44,082 bases of DNA from Pseudomonadota bacterium (GCA_027451705.1 DAIDIT010000042.1:1-44082), one strand, 5' to 3'. Positions 24,683 through 32,575 are shown, counted from the first letter of the stretch. Made by a program: numbers and translations. Notes: generated by a model from the sequence alone, not told the origin.

Positions 24683-26146
24683 ATGGACGCGGGCGGGCTG
24701 CGCCGCTGGACCCGGGAGGCCGGCCCGCTCGTGGCCGGCCGCGCCGCGTCCGCGGCGGCGGGGCTGCTCGTCCCGATCGTCCTCGCGCGGCTCCTCGTTC
24801 CCGACCAGTACGGATCGTTCAAGCAGCTCTTCCTCGTCGCGACCACGGGCGCCGGGCTCGTCCAACTCGGCATGTACCAGTCACTCTACTATTTCCTGCC
24901 GCGCGAGCCGGAGGCGGGCCGCGCCTACCTCGTCCACGCGACGGCGTACCTCGCCGCGGCCGGCCTCGCGGTCGGGACGGTGCTATGGGCTGCCGGGGGC
25001 CCGATCGCCGCGCTGATGCACAATCCTGCGCTGCGTCCCGCCGTCCTTCCCATGGCACTGTACGCGGCGTTCTGGACCGCGAGCGTTCCGCTCGAGCACG
25101 GACTCATCGCCTCGGGCCGGATCGGGCGGGGCGGCCTCGCCTACGTCGTCTCGGAGAGCGTGCGCGTCGGCGTGCAGGTGGGCGCGGCGCTTGCCTTCCG
25201 CAGCGTGGTCGCGATCCTCTGGGCGTCGGCCGCCTTCGCCTTCCTGCGGACGGCCGTGACCTGGGCGATCGCGCTCTCGTCGCTGCGAGGGCCCCTGTGG
25301 GAAGGCGGGCGGCTGCGGTCGCAGTGGAGCTACTGCCTGCCGTTCGGCGCCGCCGCGCTCCTGATGATCCCGCAGCAGTCGCTCCACCAGTACGTCGTGA
25401 GCGCCTGGGCGACTCCGGCCGAGTTCGCCCTCTACGCGATCGGCTGTCTCCAGCTCCCGGTCGTCGAACTGCTCTACACGCCGATCTCGGATCTCATGAT
25501 CCTGCGGATCGGCGCCGCGGACCGCGGCGGCGACGCGTCCGCGGCGCGCACGAGTTTCCGCGAGGCGGTCGGCAACCTCGCCTGGGTTTTCTGGCCGCTG
25601 GCGGCGGAGATGTGGGCCGTGGCGCCGGCCGCGATCCCGTGGGTCTTCACCGCGCGCTACGCGGCGGCGGTGCCGATCTTCCGGGTCTCGATCCTCTCGC
25701 TCGTCATCGCGGCCTTCCCCGTCGACGGCGTACTCCGGGCGCGGGCGCGCAAGCGCTTCTTCTTCTGGGCGCAGGTGGGCAAGCTGGCACTGACCGGCGT
25801 GCTCGTGACGGCCGGGCTGCATCTCTTCGGGCTGCGCGGCGCGGTCGGCGGGCAGGTGGGGGCGCAGGCGATCGTGGCGGCGGCGATGCTCTGGGAGTCG
25901 GCGCGGGCGCTCGGGACCTCGGGCGCGGAGCTCTTGCCCTGGCGCCGGCTCGCCGCCCACGCGCTGCCGGCGGCGCTCGCCGGGGTGGCGGCGGCGGCGC
26001 TGCGGGGGCGCCTCGCGCACGCGCTGCCGGAACAGGTCGTCGCCGCGGGCCTCGTCTTCGCGGTCATCTGGGGCGCCGGCCAACTGGTGATCTGGAGGGG
26101 CAGGCGCGGGGCGTTCGGGCCCGCCGCCACCGCCGCGGTTCCCTGA
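24683..26146 (+). CDS. Wzx-like oligosaccharide flippase (MOP superfamily)
   Basis: PIVLARLLVPDQYG, LGMYQSLYYFLP, EFALYAIG and YAAAVPIFR; about 12-14 TM segments. Confidence 0.85.
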   Translation: MDAGGLRRWTREAGPLVAGRAASAAAGLLVPIVLARLLVPDQYGSFKQLFLVATTGAGLVQLGMYQSLYYFLPREPEAGRAYLVHATAYLAAAGLAVGTVLWAAGGPIAALMHNPALRPAVLPMALYAAFWTASVPLEHGLIASGRIGRGGLAYVVSESVRVGVQVGAALAFRSVVAILWASAAFAFLRTAVTWAIALSSLRGPLWEGGRLRSQWSYCLPFGAAALLMIPQQSLHQYVVSAWATPAEFALYAIGCLQLPVVELLYTPISDLMILRIGAADRGGDASAARTSFREAVGNLAWVFWPLAAEMWAVAPAAIPWVFTARYAAAVPIFRVSILSLVIAAFPVDGVLRARARKRFFFWAQVGKLALTGVLVTAGLHLFGLRGAVGGQVGAQAIVAAAMLWESARALGTSGAELLPWRRLAAHALPAALAGVAAAALRGRLAHALPEQVVAAGLVFAVIWGAGQLVIWRGRRGAFGPAATAAVP

Positions 26147-26165
26147 GGAGCGGCTTCGAGTCGAT

Positions 26166-26240
26166 TGGAGGCGCCACCCAGATTCGAACTGGGGAATGAA
26201 GGTTTTGCAGACCTTTGCCTTACCACTTGGCGATGGCGCC
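26166..26240 (-). tRNA. tRNA-Cys (GCA)
   Basis: GGCGCCATCGCCAAGTGGTAAGGCAAAGGTCTGCAAAACCTTCATTCCCCAGTTCGAATCTGGGTGGCGCCTCCA folds into a cloverleaf with anticodon GCA, U discriminator and encoded CCA. Confidence 0.98.
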
Positions 26241-26252
26241 GGAAGCGCAGTC

Positions 26253-26282
26253 GAGGTAGCACGCGGTCCGTTCGGGCGTCAA
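26253..26282 (-). promoter_or_regulatory. Probable tRNA promoter
   Basis: Minus strand TTGACG-18 bp-TACCTC with TGn extension, 12 nt upstream of the tRNA. Confidence 0.45.
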
Positions 26283-26313
26283 GCGCCCCGGGCCCGAGAG
26301 GCGGGACGTCCGG

Positions 26314-26766
26314 CTACGGCCGCGCCTTGATCTTCTCGCGCTGGCGCTTGCCCTTCGTCTTGCGGATGACGCGGGTTCGGCGCCGCTTCTCCTTGGCCGC
26401 GACCTTCGTCTCGACGGGGATGTGGTGGCGGCCGCCGGGGCGGCGCAGGTGCGGCTCCTTCTGGACCGGATCGAGGCTGTCGTAGAGGGCGCGGAAGGCG
26501 GCCTGGAGCTTGTCGAGGTAGGCGACGAGGGCGGGGAGCGACGCGGTGCGGCCGACCAGCGCGGACTTCAGCGCGAGCTGCACGCGCTCGACGGCCCTGT
26601 GCGGCTCGAGGTGCCGATCGAGCTCGGCGAGGAGGTCTCGCGGCGTGCGCAGCTCGCCCGCGAAGGCGAGCAGGGTGCCTTCGGGGACGCGGTGGAGGAG
26701 TCGTTCGCGGAAGTCGGCCACGCGGGCCTTGATGCGGTGGTGGACGGCGTTGCGGGTGCGGGACAT
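26314..26766 (-). CDS. Small helical basic hypothetical protein (150 aa)
   Basis: MSRTRNAVHHRIKARV... with a very basic C-terminus (KVAAKEKRRRTRVIRKTKGKRQREKIKARP). ATG 26766 lies just outside the repeat array, although the frame is open to 27039. Confidence 0.75.
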   Translation of the reverse strand: MSRTRNAVHHRIKARVADFRERLLHRVPEGTLLAFAGELRTPRDLLAELDRHLEPHRAVERVQLALKSALVGRTASLPALVAYLDKLQAAFRALYDSLDPVQKEPHLRRPGGRHHIPVETKVAAKEKRRRTRVIRKTKGKRQREKIKARP

Positions 26767-26820
26767 GAGGCCCACCAGGGTAGACCCGAAGCTCGGGTCG
26801 CACCAGAGGAGCGTGCGGTC

Positions 26821-27260
26821 GGGCGACTCGAGGCTCGAGTCCAGGCGCCGGCATTCGGTGGAACGCCCCACCGAATGGAGCCGGGTCGAGTGCGAGCGCG
26901 ACTCGGGCGAGTCGAAGCTCGACTCGTGCCGCCTGCAATCGGAGGGGCGTTCCACCGATTGCGGCAACGTCGAATGCAAGCTCGACTCGGCCGATTCGGC
27001 CCTCGAGTCGGTCTCTCTGCATTCGGAGGTGCGCTCCACCGAATGCAGGAAGGGCGAGTCGAGGCTCGAAGAGGCCGAGTCGAGCTTCCAATCGGCCTTT
27101 CTGCATTCGGTCGTGCGCCCCTCCGAATGCAGTCAGGCCGAGTCGAGCCTCGACGGGCCATTTCGACGTTCGAGTCAGCCTCCCTTCATTCGGTGGAGCG
27201 CCCCTCCGAATTCAGGAAGGTCGAGTCGAGCCTCGCGGAGGTCGACTCGAGCTCGAATCC
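26821..27260. repeat. Degenerate tandem array, ~84-bp period, five palindromic hairpin units
   Basis: Hairpin cores (G)CAWTCGG-N12-CCGAWTG(C), less perfect in the fifth, start at 26851, 26935, 27019, 27103 and 27186. Linkers carry GAGTCGAG/CTCGA palindromic submotifs at ~21-bp spacing. Confidence 0.92.
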
Positions 27261-27523
27261 CGTCCCATCGAGGAGAAGCGGGGCCCCATCGGCGCTCGCC
27301 AGGCCGATCCTCGCGACGCCCGAGACGCCGCCGAGGAGCGCCATCGGGTCCCCGCGCGGGCGCCGCCACTCGACGGCGCAGCCTGCGACCAACCCGAGCC
27401 GGAAGGCGGCGGCGAAGGTCATCGACCGGAGAACGCGCGCAGCGCGCGCCTCGCGGGCAGGCCTTTCCGCCGCGGGGAACGAGGCGTGTCCGAGCCACCA
27501 CGTCCACCGCCGCAGCGGCTCGG

Positions 27524-27552
27524 TTGACAGCCTGGGGGGGGGGAACTAAGAC
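27524..27552 (+). promoter_or_regulatory. Sigma70-type promoter with G10 homopolymer in the spacer
   Basis: Perfect TTGACA (27524-27529), 17-bp spacer containing G10 (27534-27543), weak -10 TAAGAC (27547-27552), ATG at 27562. Confidence 0.6.
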
Positions 27553-27561
27553 CTGGGTTGA

Positions 27562-27933
27562 ATGCTGCGCCGAGGTTTCGCACTGGTGGGGGCAGTCTGC
27601 CTGGTCTTCTCGCCGGGAGCCGGTGGGCTCGGTCGCGCGCTGGCTTCGATGGACGCGTGCGGCTGCAACATGGGCCCCGACTGCCCGATGTGCCGGGCAC
27701 GCCGGATGCGAGAGAAGCGGGCGGCTGACCTGGCGCACCATTGTCCTTGCCGCCTCCAGCGGTCGACGGCCGCGGGACAGGGCGCCGCCTCGAGCACGGC
27801 TGAGTCCGATCCACAGGGCCGTCGGGCGGTCGCAACTCTGCCGTCTGCCGATCCCGACCGCTGGATATTGCCCGCGCTCCTTCCTCCCGAGTCCTGGTCC
27901 CCCAAGATCCCCCGTCGGCCGCCGCGCGCGTAG
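27562..27933 (+). CDS. CruR/CutF/DUF2946-like leader protein (signal peptide, Cys motifs, C-terminal RxPP)
   Basis: Signal-like N-terminus; CGC, CPMC and HHCPC motifs; Pro-rich tail ending PKIPRRPPRA-stop; first gene of an operon. Confidence 0.7.
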   Translation: MLRRGFALVGAVCLVFSPGAGGLGRALASMDACGCNMGPDCPMCRARRMREKRAADLAHHCPCRLQRSTAAGQGAASSTAESDPQGRRAVATLPSADPDRWILPALLPPESWSPKIPRRPPRA

Positions 27934-28028
27934 ATCGTGGCGTAGTCCTTCGTCTCGTTTCCAGGTTGTTCACTCGAGAGCCCCGCGGGCCGCGACGCCT
28001 GTCCGCCGCGCGGGGCGGGAGAAGTCCA

Positions 28029-28721
28029 ATGACGTTGAAGACGTGGAGAGGGGCCAGCTCGGGCCTCGTCGTGGCCGTGGCGCTGTGTGCGCCGGCGGTC
28101 CTGGAAGGTTGTCCGCAGCAGCCGATGGAGTGCGGCGACGGCGGTGGTGGCGGCGCCGGGGGGGGCGACGCGTCGTACGGCGCCCCGGTGGTCGGTCCGA
28201 TTGACAACCACTGCTACGTGAACCCGGTCGACGGCGGCATTCCCGGTGGACCGGTGCAGTTCACGGTGGTCGACCCCGACCACTGCAACCCGGACGCGGG
28301 GCCGCCGGACTCGGGCCAGCCGCCGGGGCCGGAGTTCGGGCCGACGAACTACAACAGCGAGGCGAACGACGACGACTGCAAGTACCAGGTCGGCTGGTGG
28401 TCGACGCCCATCCAGTACAACGCCGAGGTGACGTTCTACGTCTCGGTCGTCCGTACCGCGGACGGAACGCCCGTGACCGGCGCCACGGCCAACACCTATG
28501 CGGAGATCGCCTCGAACTCCGGGACCGGGACGCCGCCGCCCGACGTCGGCAAGGCGGTCACGACGGAGGTCAACCCGGGCTCGGGCGTCTACGGGATCGG
28601 TCCGTTCCTCATGAACGCGCACGGCCAGTGGCAGGTCCGCTTCCACATCAACGAGAATTGCAGCGACCTCTGGCCGGATTCACCCCACGGGCATGCGGCG
28701 TTCTACTTCACCGTTCCGTAG
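28029..28721 (+). CDS. Lipoprotein with YtkA/FixH-like Ig-type domain
   Basis: LEGC lipobox-like motif, DDDCKY, DGTPVTGA, GVYGIGP, GQWQVRFH and C-terminal PDSPHGHAAFY; GGGAGA SD. Confidence 0.7.
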   Translation: MTLKTWRGASSGLVVAVALCAPAVLEGCPQQPMECGDGGGGGAGGGDASYGAPVVGPIDNHCYVNPVDGGIPGGPVQFTVVDPDHCNPDAGPPDSGQPPGPEFGPTNYNSEANDDDCKYQVGWWSTPIQYNAEVTFYVSVVRTADGTPVTGATANTYAEIASNSGTGTPPPDVGKAVTTEVNPGSGVYGIGPFLMNAHGQWQVRFHINENCSDLWPDSPHGHAAFYFTVP

Positions 28722-28731
28722 AGGTTTGGCC

Positions 28732-29196
28732 ATGGGTGAGAAGTTCGTGATCTCGTTCGTCGCCCTCGGGCTCGCCGCTTGCGGCGGGCCTGGGGGCGGC
28801 CCCGCCGACGCGGGAAGCGACGGCGGTTGCGCCTTCCCGTCGCAGCCGCTCGTCACCCAGGCGAGCGACGGCGGCACCTACCAGATTGCCGCGCGGAGCT
28901 GCCCCGACCAGCCGCCGATGCGCGGGCAGGAGACGATCGAGTACACGATCACGAACGCCGCCGGAGCGCCGCAGGACGGCCTGACCGTGACGGTCGTGCC
29001 GTTCATGCCGGCGATGGGCCACGGCACCTCCGCTCAGACCACGGTCACGCCGATCGGCTCCGGGAACTACGTCATCGGCAACGTCTACTTCGCGATGCCC
29101 GGCGAGTGGCAGCTCATCACCGATATCTGGGCCTCCGGCGCGCCGACGTCGGGGCCCCCCACCGACAGTGCGACGATCACCGTCGAGATCAATTAG
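28732..29196 (+). CDS. YtkA/FixH-family lipoprotein
   Basis: LAAC lipobox; PFMPAMGHGTS, GNYVI and FAMPGEWQL motifs typical of YtkA-like domains. Confidence 0.8.
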   Translation: MGEKFVISFVALGLAACGGPGGGPADAGSDGGCAFPSQPLVTQASDGGTYQIAARSCPDQPPMRGQETIEYTITNAAGAPQDGLTVTVVPFMPAMGHGTSAQTTVTPIGSGNYVIGNVYFAMPGEWQLITDIWASGAPTSGPPTDSATITVEIN

Positions 29197-30094
29197 CCGG
29201 GCGCTCGTGGTGGCCGCGGTCGTCGGTCCGTCGGGGGCGGCGCTCGCGCAGGCGTGCTGCGCAGGCGGGAGCGCGCTGACGCCGGCGCGGCTCCAACTCC
29301 ACGAGTGGGCCGCCGTCGGTCTCGAGAGCCGCGCCACGGTCGACACGGGGTCGTTCGACCCGGCGGGAAACTACGTCCCCAACCCGGCGGGCTCGAGCGA
29401 GGTGGACCTCGAGGAGGACCTCGTCGGCAGCGTGCGCTTCCTCGACCGCGGGCAGGTGAGCCTCGACGTGCCGTGGATTGGGACCAACCGGGTGATCCGC
29501 GATCAGGGGGCCTTCGGCCAGGGCCTCGGTGACGTCAACCTCGGGGCGCGCTGGGACTTCCTCCAGGCGGGCGAGTCGGAGCACATCCCGGGGATCGCGT
29601 TGATGGCCGGCATCACGGTGCCGACGGGCCGGCCGCCCGAGGCGGCGACTCCGCCGCTCCTCGCGGACGCGACCGGCATCGGCGCCTGGCAGTTCGTCGG
29701 CGGCCTCGCCCTCGAGCAGACGTTCGGCCACCACCTGGTCGTCGACCTGGCGGGCCTGGTCAGCCAGCGGCTACCCCGGCACGTCGAGGGCATCGTCTCG
29801 ACGCTCGGCGTCCAGCTCTTCGCGATCGGCGGCGTCGCCTGGGCGTTCGACGGCGGCCAGGCGCTCGCGCTCTCCGCGACCTTCACCGGCGAGCAGGACG
29901 CGTCGATCGACGGCGTCACCGTGCCGGAGTCCGGGCGGTCGGAGACGACGGTCGCGCTGTCCGGTCTGCTCCCGATCTCCGACGACTGGCGGATCGGCGG
30001 GAGCGTGCTCGACGAGCTCCAGATCGCCGGGCTCGGCCGCAACCTGCCGATCGGCTTCGGCTTTACCTTCACCGTCCTGAGGACATGGTCATGA
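29168..30094 (+). CDS. Putative outer-membrane beta-barrel transporter with N-terminal CC motif
   Basis: Signal peptide ending at ALA then QACCAGG; GLGDVNLGARW and VPTG motifs of MetA/phenol-degradation-type barrels; amphipathic C-terminal strand ending RTWS. Start uncertain. Confidence 0.7.
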   Translation: MRRSPSRSISRALVVAAVVGPSGAALAQACCAGGSALTPARLQLHEWAAVGLESRATVDTGSFDPAGNYVPNPAGSSEVDLEEDLVGSVRFLDRGQVSLDVPWIGTNRVIRDQGAFGQGLGDVNLGARWDFLQAGESEHIPGIALMAGITVPTGRPPEAATPPLLADATGIGAWQFVGGLALEQTFGHHLVVDLAGLVSQRLPRHVEGIVSTLGVQLFAIGGVAWAFDGGQALALSATFTGEQDASIDGVTVPESGRSETTVALSGLLPISDDWRIGGSVLDELQIAGLGRNLPIGFGFTFTVLRTWS

Positions 30095-30654
30095 TGCGAA
30101 CGCTCGCCGCTCTCGCGCTGCTCTCCCTCCCTGCCGCCGCACTCGCCGACGCGTCGGCGCTGCCGGACGTCGCGCTCACCAGAAGCGACGGGACGACGGT
30201 CCGACTCGCGGCCGTCGTGTCCGCGCACCGGGCCACCGTCGTCGAGATGTTCTCGACGGGCTGCCCGGTCCAGCGCGCCCACGACGCCAGGCTCGAGAAG
30301 CTCTTCGAAGCGTGGCGCGGCGAGGGAGTCGCGCTCCTCGCGGTCGATCCCGAGCCCTCCGTCACGCGGGAGGCGCTGGCCGCGGAGGCCAAGGCGCGGG
30401 GCTTCCGCTTCCCGCTGCTGCTCGACCCGGGCGGCAAGCTCGCCCGGACGCTCGGGGCGAGGTTCTGCGCGACGGCGGTCGTGATCGACGCGCGCGGGCG
30501 CGTCCGCTACATGGGTGGCATCGACGGGGATTCGGCCCGGTTGCACGACGACGCGCGGCCGTGGCTGCGCGACGCGGTCGCGGCGGTACTCGCGGGCCGC
30601 GAACCCGATCCCGCGCGGACCGAGAGTCGCGGCTGCTACCTGCAGCGCTGGTGA
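30091..30654 (+). CDS. Exported AhpC/TSA-like redoxin
   Basis: ATGA overlap; signal peptide; TGCPVQRAH, FPLLLDPGG, VRYMGGID and a C-terminal GC. Confidence 0.85.
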   Translation: MMRTLAALALLSLPAAALADASALPDVALTRSDGTTVRLAAVVSAHRATVVEMFSTGCPVQRAHDARLEKLFEAWRGEGVALLAVDPEPSVTREALAAEAKARGFRFPLLLDPGGKLARTLGARFCATAVVIDARGRVRYMGGIDGDSARLHDDARPWLRDAVAAVLAGREPDPARTESRGCYLQRW

Positions 30655-30658
30655 GCCC

Positions 30659-31057
30659 GTGGCCGCTTCGCGCCTCCTGGCACTCTTGGCGACCGCCGCC
30701 TGCGCCTGCGGGCCCGGTCCCGACTCGGGCGACGGAGGGATCGATACCGCGAACCCGTGCGCAGGCGGCGTGCCGGAGGACATCCCGTCGAGTTGCCCGA
30801 GCCCGGCGCCAAGCTACGCGAAGGACGTGCGGCCCGTCCTCGCGCAGCGCTGCCTTCCCTGCCACACGCCGGGTGCGCCCCTCTACGCGCTGCCCGACAT
30901 GACGTCCTACGGCGCCGTGTACGACGCGCGCGGGGTCGTCTTAAGCCAGATTGCCACCTGTAAGATGCCGGCGGTCGACGCGGGCGCGGCTCCCCTCACC
31001 GAGGCCGAGCGGCAGGCCATCATGGGCTGGCTCGTCTGCGGCGCGCCGGACGATTGA
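30659..31057 (+). CDS. Monoheme c-type cytochrome lipoprotein
   Basis: TAACAC lipobox-like motif; PSYAKDVRPVLAQRCLPCH (CxxCH), distal MP, and LTEAERQAIMGWLVCGAP. Confidence 0.82.
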   Translation: MAASRLLALLATAACACGPGPDSGDGGIDTANPCAGGVPEDIPSSCPSPAPSYAKDVRPVLAQRCLPCHTPGAPLYALPDMTSYGAVYDARGVVLSQIATCKMPAVDAGAAPLTEAERQAIMGWLVCGAPDD

Positions 31058-31063
31058 GCGTCG

Positions 31064-31103
31064 AAAGAATCCGGTCCCGCCGGGAGGCCGGCCGGGGAGA
31101 TTC
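31064..31103 (-). terminator. Possible terminator between convergent genes
   Basis: Imperfect GC-rich stem closed by GAATC/GATTC and followed by TTT on the minus strand. Confidence 0.35.
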
Positions 31104-31115
31104 GTTCCGACTCTC

Positions 31116-32060
31116 TCAGCCCCCGCCGCTCGCGGTGTACTGGAGGTCCGAGGGACAGGTCGCCGAGATGGTGAAGTTGTCGGTCGTGTCCGCGACGCGC
31201 ATGCCCTTGTACGCGTCGAGCGACGTGCTCGTCGGAGCGAGCTGCGCCGCGGTCGCGGAGACAGGTGGCGGCAACGCCGACTGGCCGAGGGTCGTCATCG
31301 TCGAGGTGGCCTGGTAGCCGAACTCGTTGATGCCCTTGTACGGCGACCAGCTGAGGCCCGTGAGCAGCACGACGTCGCCGCGGTTCGGCGCGTTGGCCGG
31401 GGCGTTCTTGAGGCTCGAGCCGAAGTAAATGTCGACGCCGCTGCCCGGCTGCGGCGCGCCGGAAGCGACCGGATCCTGGACGTAGAAGTTGCCGCCGTTG
31501 CTCCCACCCCAGCCGGAAGCGACGAACGTCACGACGCCGTAGACGTCGGCCGTGAAGCCGCCGTCCGGGGCGGCCTTGGCCGCCGCAACCGCCGCGGCGA
31601 CGGTCATCCCGGCGTCGGGCGCCGTGAACGAGCCGCCGGTCGGCCCGTTGCCCACGCCGACGTCGTCACAGCCGCCCGGGTAGAGGCCGTTGATGGCCCC
31701 GCTCTGCGCGTACGCGTAGCTGTCCCAGATCCCGCCCACGACGTGCAGGGTGCCCGAGGTCGCGAAGCCGGCGTCCGTCGCGAGCGTCCCACACGAGGCG
31801 GCCACGTCCTGGGATTCGGGGTACATGAGCAGGTAGACGTCGTTGGAGCCGCTGCTCACCTGGATCCCGTCGCAGTAGGTGACCGAGCCGCCGTCGCTGC
31901 CACCGTTCCCGCCGCTCGTGCCGCCCGCGTCGCGTCCGGTCGAGCCGGCGTCGGCGCCGGAGGAGCCGCCGTCGGTGCCGGAACCGCCGCCTGAGCAGGC
32001 CGCGAAGGACAGGGTGGCTGCAAAGAGGAGGGCGATGCGCAACGTCGTGGGTCGGGTCAT
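31116..32060 (-). CDS. Lipoprotein with C-terminal OB-fold-like domain
   Basis: FAAC lipobox; Gly/Ser/Asp linker; VYGVVTFV...FYVQDP...SGVDIY...GDVVLLTG...YKG pattern of YhcR-type OB folds. Confidence 0.75.
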   Translation of the reverse strand: MTRPTTLRIALLFAATLSFAACSGGGSGTDGGSSGADAGSTGRDAGGTSGGNGGSDGGSVTYCDGIQVSSGSNDVYLLMYPESQDVAASCGTLATDAGFATSGTLHVVGGIWDSYAYAQSGAINGLYPGGCDDVGVGNGPTGGSFTAPDAGMTVAAAVAAAKAAPDGGFTADVYGVVTFVASGWGGSNGGNFYVQDPVASGAPQPGSGVDIYFGSSLKNAPANAPNRGDVVLLTGLSWSPYKGINEFGYQATSTMTTLGQSALPPPVSATAAQLAPTSTSLDAYKGMRVADTTDNFTISATCPSDLQYTASGGG

Positions 32061-32167
32061 CTCGTCGCTCGTTCGAGGAGCGGACGATTCCGCCCCTGGC
32101 GGCGCGGGATTTACCCTGGCCCTCGAGCGCCCGTCAAGCGGGCACGGCCCCCGCCGACCGCTCGGCT

Positions 32168-32563
32168 TCAGTCGATCTTCTGCACTTCGAGGAGCGCGAT
32201 CCCGCCGCGCTTGCTGACCACGCCGTGGGCCGTGACGGTCTGCCCCATTCGCGGCGCGAGAGTCGCGTTCATCGGCTTGTGGTCCTTGTCGATGATGAGG
32301 AAGACGTGCCCCTTCGCGTCGAGGAGGCCGATCGGCAGGTTGTTCTCGGCGCAGGAGCGGGCGCACGCCGCGTGCTTCTCACCGCGCTCGCCGCCGGCCA
32401 CGTAGCAGGCGACGTCGACCAGCTCCCCGCGGATCGCCACGGCCGGCTTCGCGTCGTCGTCGTCGTCGTGGTCGCCGTGGCCGTGGGCCCGGGCGAGGGG
32501 GGCGGCCAACAGCCCCGCCGCCACGAACAGGCCCATCGCCACCTGCCGCGTCGTCGCGTGCAT
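32168..32563 (-). CDS. Secreted His/Cys-rich hypothetical protein
   Basis: Signal peptide, HGHGDHDDDDD, GELVDVACY and HAACARSC...PIGLL motifs. Confidence 0.8.
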   Translation of the reverse strand: MHATTRQVAMGLFVAAGLLAAPLARAHGHGDHDDDDDAKPAVAIRGELVDVACYVAGGERGEKHAACARSCAENNLPIGLLDAKGHVFLIIDKDHKPMNATLAPRMGQTVTAHGVVSKRGGIALLEVQKID

Positions 32564-32575
32564 CGCTTCGTCTCC

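Noticed and set aside
26821-27260. CRISPR array
   Set aside because: The repeats are degenerate and in mixed orientation, the intervening sequences are homologous to each other and palindromic rather than unique spacers, and no cas genes are in the window.
27186-27422. Independent 78-aa minus-strand gene
   Set aside because: No convincing SD or family motif, and it ends inside the repeat array. Kept only as part of the array finding.
26146-27500. tRNA-integrated genomic island or prophage
   Set aside because: No integrase and no duplicated tRNA 3' end were seen. The accessory-looking DNA lies 5' of the tRNA, which has its own promoter.
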